Below are positions 10,401 to 17,014 of a stretch of DNA of 64,000 bases, one piece after another; position 1 is the first letter of the stretch; each line of letters begins with the position of its first letter. Origin of the DNA: Nitrosopumilaceae archaeon (lineage in GTDB: Archaea; Thermoproteota; Nitrososphaeria; Nitrososphaerales; Nitrosopumilaceae); NCBI GenBank assembly GCA_965207375.1, contig OZ242274.1:928001-992000 (forward strand), read 5' to 3'. A program made the translations under genes and the position numbers. The notes below the pieces were generated by a model. The model was given only the letters and a program-made list of their open reading frames with translations. It had not been told where the DNA came from and searched no databases.

Positions 10401-11725
10401 TACCATCTTTTTCAATATCCTGCGGTGATACCGAATCATGTGTATCTCTTGGCAGTCCATCTGCACAACTGTACCTGAGCAGTCCTGTCAGGATTACCTT
10501 TATTGGCGATGCAGGTAAAACTCCTATTTTCATAGTAGGTGATCAGCCTAGAATTATTATTACTGCTCAATGTGACGGCGTTGACACACCTAAGGTGGGA
10601 GGTATTACAATTTCCTCTGGCACTACCAATGAAGAATGCTTTGTTAACGATTCAGGAGATTTGCATATTTGGACAACCCACTTTACTGTCTTTGGTGCAA
10701 CAAGAGATGGCATATCTGACACATCTTTTGATGCAGGTAGCACATCTAGGTCATCTAGTGGAGGTGGAGGTAAACCTACTGCAATATTGGCACCAAACCT
10801 GATTTCTTACAATGTGTGTGACGAATCTATTGACGGACTAGTCAGAGTTTTAACATTTAATGTACGCAACATTGATCAAATCGGAGTCAATCTGTATACT
10901 GATGACTATATTGCTTATGGAAAAGACATCTCCAACTTAATGTCTCCCTCTATGTATATTGACAGGATAAGTAATGATTATGTTTATACAATATTTGATG
11001 CTAAAATCCCCTCTGGAACAGAAAAATTCTTTGTAACCGTTTATGATACAGAACGAAACAAGGCAACTACATCCACACTAGTGGATCTTCGAAATAATCA
11101 ATGCGCCGATAACTTGTTTCCTCATGAGCTGAAAGATAAGGATGCCAATTTCTTGCCTATTGAACCATTAGATCAGTCATCATTTATGGTTCCTATGGAG
11201 GAACTAGTCACCGAATCCTTGGATAAATCTATAAAATTTGTAAGCAATTCGGTTTCAGATGTTAACGGCAAGGAAATCAAGGTACTTGTTAGATCTTCAC
11301 AATATGTAACAAAAGCGCCCGAACAAATCGTCCAACCAACCGAAATAATTACAGAATCTACTCCTGAATCTGAGTCACTTGAAAACAATACTAGTACAAA
11401 ATTAATTGAACCAACTATACCTGAACCAACACTAGACTCGATACCTGAACCAACCATATCCGAACCAACACTAGAACCAACACTAGAACCAACACTAGAA
11501 CCAACACTAGACTCGATACCTGAACCAACCATATCCGAACCAACACTAGAACCAACACTAGAACCAACACTAGAACCAACACTAGACTCGATACCTGAAC
11601 CAACCATATCCGAACCAACACTAGAACCAACACTAGACTCGATATCCGAACCAACCATATCCGAACCAACACTAGACTCGAAACCTAACCTCTTTGAACA
11701 AATTATTTCTTGGCTGTTTGGATAA
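7475..11725 (+). CDS. Large secreted/surface protein: 4 tandem His-rich CHRD domains, Ig-like region, HFT-motif domain, Pro/Thr/Glu stalk
   Basis: Four repeats GxA...LxYxI...HxH...LYxxxH(T/S)...IRGQI at about 7736-8209, 8255-8698, 8747-9196, 9248-9784; N-terminal hydrophobic segment; C-terminal LFEQIISWLFG. Confidence 0.85.
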   Translation: MSVKIRLVQRFGGTSFIFLVIIMGLGSFTIFTEIQTDETRHFEFPLNYFSIQKVWGHDGDGDGIDDDTGIPVIDEASVDPFPSSGDDFRATLNAAGIIGAGGSTNSTGTATATLLWSENQERLQYEIEFSGFILDSNGNSTHENVTKVHIHIGDVDSAGPHALNIFGGPVPATTQPRSDDFDFELRSDDYVMYGIWGDNDQRTTGLSDAGRSKQLSDMREELCSEDLYFQVHTNWNPAGAIRGQIEKTSELCDFDLTTDQFSSILNRQKVVAVGGSSSQTGTGTAEFHFNADHTQLYYRIQFNNIDLNGTTYDTDDDLTKLHIHQGDADVGHGDHALNIFGLPSEDDVQMDFDEEQLIITGIWDDSDAVLTGTDAGRSHKLSDMIGQLCSDNLYLQAHTDIGNIRGQIELQNHDLCDFDPLQTDFYTVIDESQIGSGTGSLATGTAKFRFNSHGDQLQYEISLIGIDTDDVQTIDTALDDLTAIHFHNAPAGKNSTVHLLNIFGPPARDDDDFVLTPGNGTITGIWDDGDESFLPSENGRTKTLTSSIGELCAGNVYINVHTQSHSTGEIRGQILPTDDNVRCDFDLTEHDFVATLTECKIDLANGDIAKCSENNEHGSDDHSSNEHGHQSNDAEISSSAEMFLNGDKSKMYYVIDFDGMDVTGMNTTGGQSIDTREDDLYKIHLHFGNATEVGGAHAFNILRPNGDADDMHIDNGTGIVTGTWEPTDTANNPAIRLVDIFDDLCNENIYFNIHSPGGTHGSAGIIRGQIEPDRHSAICDPPSVLSATLTNSTSIKFVFSTPINSTSLSVDDFTTLDLNGTAISSVIASDFARKGIVTVILDSPVSSDYVSNGFVNIESTLTSDIGIEFDTDANPIPISNALSGVPLSVTPENSNIVLDPYSTLDLIVIHHDATAPILDFRGLRTTDNITVPGQTKIIFPNGINTTSGSRQNTLIEFPDGLEITGNTVNFDGQFVLPSFSISCGDTESCVSLGSPSAQLYLSSPVRITFIGDAGKTPIFIVGDQPRIIITAQCDGVDTPKVGGITISSGTTNEECFVNDSGDLHIWTTHFTVFGATRDGISDTSFDAGSTSRSSSGGGGKPTAILAPNLISYNVCDESIDGLVRVLTFNVRNIDQIGVNLYTDDYIAYGKDISNLMSPSMYIDRISNDYVYTIFDAKIPSGTEKFFVTVYDTERNKATTSTLVDLRNNQCADNLFPHELKDKDANFLPIEPLDQSSFMVPMEELVTESLDKSIKFVSNSVSDVNGKEIKVLVRSSQYVTKAPEQIVQPTEIITESTPESESLENNTSTKLIEPTIPEPTLDSIPEPTISEPTLEPTLEPTLEPTLDSIPEPTISEPTLEPTLEPTLEPTLDSIPEPTISEPTLEPTLDSISEPTISEPTLDSKPNLFEQIISWLFG
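11408..11680 (+). repeat. Coding tandem repeat: 12-bp GAACCAACACTA (EPTL) units inside about 75-bp higher-order units
   Basis: EPTLDSIPEPTISEPTLEPTLEPTL repeated near-identically at DNA level. Confidence 0.95.
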
Positions 11726-12803
11726 ATTGAACGCTAAAATATTTCTTGTCTTACTGTTCCTTCTTCCGTTAGGATTTTCTTATGCAGACCATGGTAGTGG
11801 CGGAGGCACCGGCAGCTGTGGCGGAGATTGTACTGCGCCTACCTTGGGCGAGGACAATTCTGGCAAACAGTTTGTGGCAGGTGGACTTGGAATTAACGGC
11901 AAGTTTTTTGATGTAAAAGGATTCAAACAGGACATACCCACTCAAACTCTCACTATAGGAGAGCCCAATGAAATAATAATCAAGGTATATGAAAACAAAG
12001 GAGTCCATCAATTTGCCCATGCTAGTTTAATGCTTGGCCTAGAAAATGAGATAATCAATGGAATCTCTGTAACCACTCATCCTGTAACTTTGACGTGGGA
12101 AAAAACTTTTGATGGAACAGTCTCAGTAAACGTAGATGATAAAAATAGCCTGCTTGCAGACATTGACATTTCCTCTGATCTAACTCGTGATATATTTGGA
12201 AATGAAGACAACCTACTTGAGATAACATTTAGCTTTGTCCCCCTACAGAATTTTGATCCTAGCGTCATAATAGTACAAATCTGGGATCAAAGCAGAAATA
12301 GCTGGACCAATTATTTTTATGATGCATTTGAAATCAATTCTGCTGATACCATAATATCTCAAATTGAAGATATTTCAATTAAAAATCCAAATGACGATAT
12401 ACTTGTCATTCCCACATGGCTAAAGCTAAATGCACAACTGTGGTCACAAAATCAACTAGATGATTCAACCTTTGTTGAGGCAATAAAATACTGTATAGAC
12501 AATAAAATAATGAATATTCCAAATCTGCCTAATTATCAGCCTGAAGATGTTTTGTCCTTTGTAGACGTAAAAAAAGGACCACAATACTATCTTGACAGAT
12601 ATTATAACGAGCCAATCTACAGAACATGGTTTGATGAAAACTTTCCAGACTATACCATAGAGCAGGCAGTGGGATTAAACACATCATCTATTCCTGCATG
12701 GGTAAAAAACAATGCCGATTTATGGGCAAACAACATGATCTCTGACTCTGATTTTGTTGTTGGAATAGAGTACTTGGTCAAAAACGGCATTATCGTCATT
12801 TAG
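11694..12803 (+). CDS. Secreted protein with CGGDCxAPTLG motif and two IPxWxK..A..W..FV..I.YL repeats
   Basis: Signal peptide ending SYA; IPTWLKLNAQLW and IPAWVKNNADLW repeats typical of thaumarchaeal surface proteins. Confidence 0.8.
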   Translation: MNKLFLGCLDKLNAKIFLVLLFLLPLGFSYADHGSGGGTGSCGGDCTAPTLGEDNSGKQFVAGGLGINGKFFDVKGFKQDIPTQTLTIGEPNEIIIKVYENKGVHQFAHASLMLGLENEIINGISVTTHPVTLTWEKTFDGTVSVNVDDKNSLLADIDISSDLTRDIFGNEDNLLEITFSFVPLQNFDPSVIIVQIWDQSRNSWTNYFYDAFEINSADTIISQIEDISIKNPNDDILVIPTWLKLNAQLWSQNQLDDSTFVEAIKYCIDNKIMNIPNLPNYQPEDVLSFVDVKKGPQYYLDRYYNEPIYRTWFDENFPDYTIEQAVGLNTSSIPAWVKNNADLWANNMISDSDFVVGIEYLVKNGIIVI

Positions 12804-13748
12804 CTATTGAAAATGCAACCATCCTCTATTTTGAATTCTCACCGTTTTATCTCTAGTTTGCAACATTACGTGTCTTCCTAGTTCCACCCTTCCAATCTTG
12901 TACAACTTGATGCGCTCCTTTTTTGCAATATTTTTTATCTTTGTAAAATTTCGGGCCGACACTGTGAACACAAACTCGTACTCTTCTCCTCCAAAAAACA
13001 CCATCTTTTCCAAATCCAAACCGCTTTTGCTTGAAAATACCTCCAATTCATTCTCTACTGGAAGATTGTCTATGATGAATTTTTTGCCGCTTTGATTTGC
13101 CATTTCATTTAATGTTTTAGCCAGACCATCACTAGAATCCATTGACGATGACATGTATTTTTTTATCCTGACTCCAAAGTTTAATTTCGGCATAGGCTTG
13201 CAAAATGCTCTTTTTAACCGTGCTTGGCCGCCTGCGTGTCCTTTTTTCTCTTTTAACAACTGCAATCCGGCAGCAGCATTTCCAAATGATCCTGTTACGC
13301 AAATTAGATCCGCATTTTTTGCACCTGCTCTCCTGATAATTTTGTCTGTGTTTGCAAATAACGCAACACTGATTGAAAGCTCTCTGCCCTCATTTGTGTC
13401 TCCACCTAGAATCTTCACCTTGAACTCCTTTGATGCCTTTTGAAACCCTTTTGATAATTTGACTATGTGTTTTTTTGCAAATTTGTCAGGCAAAGTTATT
13501 GAGATTATTCCAAATTCTGGCCTGACCCCCTTTGCTGCAAAATCACTAATACATGCAGCTATGCTTTTTCTAGCAATATCTGCAAAATCCATACCCTGTG
13601 GAACATCTGTACTCTCAACTAGTGTATCTATTGAGGAAACCATACATCCTGTTTTATGCCTGAATATCTCCACATCTTCTGCAACAAACTTTTGCTTTAA
13701 ATTTTTTTGAAAAACCCTGATTATGTCTTCCTCATTTAATTTTTTCAT
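12804..13748 (-). CDS. thiL: Thiamine-monophosphate kinase
   Basis: ISDFAAKG, GGDTN, DSSDGL, GGEEYE. Confidence 0.93.
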   Translation of the reverse strand: MKKLNEEDIIRVFQKNLKQKFVAEDVEIFRHKTGCMVSSIDTLVESTDVPQGMDFADIARKSIAACISDFAAKGVRPEFGIISITLPDKFAKKHIVKLSKGFQKASKEFKVKILGGDTNEGRELSISVALFANTDKIIRRAGAKNADLICVTGSFGNAAAGLQLLKEKKGHAGGQARLKRAFCKPMPKLNFGVRIKKYMSSSMDSSDGLAKTLNEMANQSGKKFIIDNLPVENELEVFSSKSGLDLEKMVFFGGEEYEFVFTVSARNFTKIKNIAKKERIKLYKIGRVELGRHVMLQTRDKTVRIQNRGWLHFQ

Positions 13749-15030
13749 AACACTGATTCACTATTTGTTTTGTTACATCTACAATATTTCTTACTTTTTC
13801 CAAGTCATTTGATTCTCCTGACACCCTGATGACATCTTCTGTATTTGACTTTCTAATTAAAACCCACGAGTTTTCATCTATGATTACCTTGATACCATCA
13901 GTTGTAATTATATTGGAAAACTTTGTTTGTAATTGTTTTGTCACCTCTTGCAATGTTTTATCATGTGATGCAGATTCAATTGTAATTTTGTCTCTTATTT
14001 GGTGATACTGTTTGATAAATTCTATGATTTCGTTGAACTGTTTGTCTTCTAGCATTGATGCTATTAGCCCGCTTGTCAAAATCCCATCTCTGCAATAGTT
14101 AAACTCTGGCAAAATAAATCCACCACTGCTGCCTTCTCCGCCTGCCTGAGATTGTGTTTTTAATATGGCATCTATGACATTTGCCTCTCCTACCTTGCAT
14201 CTTGTTACCTTTCCACCTCTTTCTTTGACAAATTTTTCAATAGCAACACTGGTGTCTATACTAAAAACAAATTTCTTGTATCCTAGTTCAATACATTTTG
14301 CCACGCCTAATCCTAATGTAACATCTGGCGTCTGTTTTACGCCATCCTTTACAACAACAAGCCTGTCCCCGTCAAGGTCAAATGCAAATCCTATATCGTA
14401 TTGTGTGGATTTTTCTACCAAATCCGATAATTTATCACTGGTAGGATCTGGCCCACGTGTCGAATTATCTATGGATTCATTAATCGTCTCCACATTGCAG
14501 CCTAGTTTTTCCAATAATCTTGGTGCAATATTGGCAGCCGCACTGCCCCCCAAATCCACTATTACATCAGGATTACCTGAGATTTTACCAATTTGCTTTA
14601 ATGCATCTTGCACATAATTTGAGAGTATTTGATTCTGCTCTCCTAATGCACCCTTTTGAATTTCCTGTTTTGTAATTACTGTGTGCAATTCTGATTCATT
14701 TATTCCCCTTCCTTCTACAACAAACTTGAGTCCATTCCATTGTAGCGGATTGTGTGACGATGACACGATTAATCCGGCCCCGTATTTTCGTGCCTCCCTA
14801 AATACTACAGGTGTAGGCGCAATATCTAATGTATACACATCTATTCCATTTTGTATGAGTGCTGCACTTGCAACCTCCTGTATTGCACGTCCAGATGGTC
14901 TTGTGTCTCTTGCTATTACGCATTTTTTTGATTTTACTAGATGAGAAAAATTATTTGTAAATTCTATTATTTCCTTTAGCGTCAACTCTTTGCCAAAAAT
15001 ACCCCTTATTCCTGAAACTGTTCTTTTCAT
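13732..15030 (-). CDS. Phosphomannomutase/phosphoglucomutase family phosphohexomutase
   Basis: SGIRG, SSHNP, FDLDGDR, GEGSSG, RKSNTE. Confidence 0.93.
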   Translation of the reverse strand: MKRTVSGIRGIFGKELTLKEIIEFTNNFSHLVKSKKCVIARDTRPSGRAIQEVASAALIQNGIDVYTLDIAPTPVVFREARKYGAGLIVSSSHNPLQWNGLKFVVEGRGINESELHTVITKQEIQKGALGEQNQILSNYVQDALKQIGKISGNPDVIVDLGGSAAANIAPRLLEKLGCNVETINESIDNSTRGPDPTSDKLSDLVEKSTQYDIGFAFDLDGDRLVVVKDGVKQTPDVTLGLGVAKCIELGYKKFVFSIDTSVAIEKFVKERGGKVTRCKVGEANVIDAILKTQSQAGGEGSSGGFILPEFNYCRDGILTSGLIASMLEDKQFNEIIEFIKQYHQIRDKITIESASHDKTLQEVTKQLQTKFSNIITTDGIKVIIDENSWVLIRKSNTEDVIRVSGESNDLEKVRNIVDVTKQIVNQCYEKIK

Positions 15031-15083
15031 ATGTCAAAATCCAGCAAGACTTTTTATTAACTCTGACTACCTTCGGATTTCGT

Positions 15084-15157
15084 GCCTCGGTAGCTCAGCC
15101 TGGTAGAGCGAACGCCTCGTAAGCGTTAGGTCTTGGGTTCAGATCCCAATCGAGGCT
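15084..15157 (+). tRNA. tRNA-Thr(CGT), no intron, CCA not encoded
   Basis: Cloverleaf: GCCTCGG/TCGAGGC acceptor, AACGC-CTCGTAA-GCGTT anticodon arm, TTGGG-TTCAGAT-CCCAA T arm. Confidence 0.95.
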
Positions 15158-15329
15158 TTAACATTTAAGAAATTTATTTTTCCTGGGATTCGATGTCTGT
15201 TTCTAGATCTTTTCCTAATCCAATCCACCACTGCGTTGATTCCTCTGTCATTCTCCCCAAAAGTAAATGAAAATCGTCCTTTATAGATCTGTCGGTTGAT
15301 TTTTAGCTGATAAGCATACGATCAAAAAT

Positions 15330-15509
15330 CTATTCTTTTAATTCTTTTTTCTTTTTTTGCTTTTTGTAAATTATGATCGCCAGGGCCCCGACTGCGCATG
15401 CCCAAAACAGTGGCCAACCGATGGGATCTTTTTGAGGAATAGGTCCTATGAATGCATAAATTGTACCTCCAATCAACCCAAATCCGATCAATTCTAGCAA
15501 TTTACTCAT
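15330..15509 (-). CDS. 59-aa two-TM membrane protein with Lys-rich tail
   Basis: Not in ORF track; MSKLLELIGFGLIGGTIYAFIGPIPQKDPIGWPLFWACAVGALAIIIYKKQKKKKELKE. Confidence 0.7.
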   Translation of the reverse strand: MSKLLELIGFGLIGGTIYAFIGPIPQKDPIGWPLFWACAVGALAIIIYKKQKKKKELKE

Positions 15510-15544
15510 GATTCTCTAATTATTCTAATTTTCAAAAAGATATA

Positions 15545-15760
15545 TTGTTTTATTCTCTGTCTTTTTTGTTGGACAAATATCTGATGGTGGTTCTAATGTT
15601 TATGATCGCAGGAATGGGCATTGCCATTGTAAGGGATCCTCCTCTTTTTGCAATGTTTTATGCAATGCTAGCAGGAGCCATTGCCATTATACTGTATAGT
15701 GCAATGAAGAGTAGAAGGTCTATACAGCGTGAAAAACGTAAAAAAAAATTTAAAAAATAG
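15545..15760 (+). CDS. Small two-TM membrane protein with basic tail
   Basis: Two hydrophobic helices linked by RDPP; KRKKKFKK end; true start may be TTG about 15569. Confidence 0.7.
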   Translation: MFYSLSFLLDKYLMVVLMFMIAGMGIAIVRDPPLFAMFYAMLAGAIAIILYSAMKSRRSIQREKRKKKFKK

Positions 15761-15763
15761 ACA

Positions 15764-16042
15764 CTAGAGGTCTAAACCAAATGATTCTGCAATAGATGAG
15801 AATCTTTTGTAGGACTCTAGATATTGTCTTCCTTTTGGTGTAATTATGTATGTGTTTTTGCCGTCATATTCGATTTTGTTAATTAATTCTGCCCCGGTTA
15901 GATTTTCAATGAATTTTGCTAATCTTGAATGAGACAGATTTGCCTTGGTTAAAAGAGAAGTAACTTTGATGCCTTGCTGACCAGACTCTTGAGTAACTGA
16001 TAGCAGGTCTGCTACAATTTTCATACTAGTTCTATAAGTCAT
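15764..16042 (-). CDS. Winged-helix transcriptional regulator (COG3432-like)
   Basis: YRTSMKIVADLL...LLTKANLSHSRL...YIITPKGRQYL. Confidence 0.88.
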   Translation of the reverse strand: MTYRTSMKIVADLLSVTQESGQQGIKVTSLLTKANLSHSRLAKFIENLTGAELINKIEYDGKNTYIITPKGRQYLESYKRFSSIAESFGLDL

Positions 16043-16126
16043 TATAATAAAGTAAAACTACCATGATATAAGGGTATTATCCAAATTACGATCAGATAAA
16101 TATGATCTGAGAACAACCCCTCAACG

Positions 16127-16711
16127 ATGTCTTCAGAACATTCGGTACCTTGGAATGGTGATTTTTTGGGCATTGCGTATAGGTATTTTGATCTACGGAT
16201 GAATGTAGCACCTCTTTTTGCTGACCGAAAACCCGCAGCCGGTTTGTGGCATGAGACAATTCATTGGTGGCCAGACTATTCAATCAAGCTGAGATTTGTA
16301 GAAACGACTGATCAGTATTGGTTTATTCTCGGCTCTGATTCCCAACGTCCTGCAACAAATCTTGGATTTTGCAAGCTATTAGATAAATCCCAAAGCTATG
16401 AGCGATTTAAGAAAGGATATGGCGGGGAGGCCTATCTTCGATTGGGAGTTTTTTCTAAAAAATACAAAAAAGATGTCAAAGATGATGCGCTGTGCAATTG
16501 CGGCCATGAGATGTTTGATCATGGTGAAACTCCGTCTGAAGAGGACTGTTTATACGAAGAATGCAACTGCAAAAAATTTGAAAGCTTTGAGGTAAAACTA
16601 TTAAAAAAGAAAAAGACTATCACCGATATAAAATTTCTAAACGAATCCCAAGTCCGAGACGATGCATTGGCATGGAACTGTTTGAATTTCAACAAATATT
16701 CTAAAAACTAA
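16127..16711 (+). CDS. Hypothetical protein with CxCGH..H..C...CxC metal-binding motif
   Basis: CNCGHEMFDH...CLYEECNCKKF. Confidence 0.75.
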   Translation: MSSEHSVPWNGDFLGIAYRYFDLRMNVAPLFADRKPAAGLWHETIHWWPDYSIKLRFVETTDQYWFILGSDSQRPATNLGFCKLLDKSQSYERFKKGYGGEAYLRLGVFSKKYKKDVKDDALCNCGHEMFDHGETPSEEDCLYEECNCKKFESFEVKLLKKKKTITDIKFLNESQVRDDALAWNCLNFNKYSKN

Positions 16712-16866
16712 CTTGTATCCATTCTTACATGATCCCCTGGATAATGCTCTGCAATTTTTTTAGAATAACAGTCCCCACACAGTGGACCCTCTATTTTCCA
16801 GTCCTCCATTGGATAAAACGTGTTTGTAATTTGGCCTTTGCATATTTTACATTTTTCTTTGGCCAT
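16708..16866 (-). CDS. 52-aa zinc-finger protein (CxxC...CxxC)
   Basis: Not in ORF track; MAKEKCKICKGQITNTFYPMEDWKIEGPLCGDCYSKKIAEHYPGDHVRMDTS. Confidence 0.8.
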   Translation of the reverse strand: MAKEKCKICKGQITNTFYPMEDWKIEGPLCGDCYSKKIAEHYPGDHVRMDTS

Positions 16867-16949
16867 TTTGAATTCTGTCTTTTTAATCTATATAAAAATC
16901 ATTTTGGTAGTCTAGAAAAATCATGTTAAATAATACCCTACCTTACAAA

Positions 16950-17014
16950 TTGCAGGTAGCTGGTCTAGTCAATGTAACCTCCTGCAAGTTTTTACTTGAC
17001 TGGGCTTTCTACCT
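16950..17014 (+). ncRNA. Candidate small structured RNA (long interrupted hairpin with alternative pairing)
   Basis: AGGTAG/CTACCT and GTCTAGTCAA/TTGACTGGGC stems; competing TTGCAGG/CCTGCAA; TTAAATA about 25 nt upstream. Confidence 0.3.

Noticed and set aside
11408-11680. Possible CRISPR array
   Set aside because: No unique spacers; in-frame coding tandem repeat; no cas genes
7475-11725. True chordin / BMP antagonist acquired from an animal host
   Set aside because: No Cys-rich vWC domains, which bind BMP in chordin; CHRD is widespread in prokaryotes
15158-15329. Integrated element at tRNA-Thr
   Set aside because: No integrase and no duplicated tRNA 3' end seen; only a short possible ORF remnant
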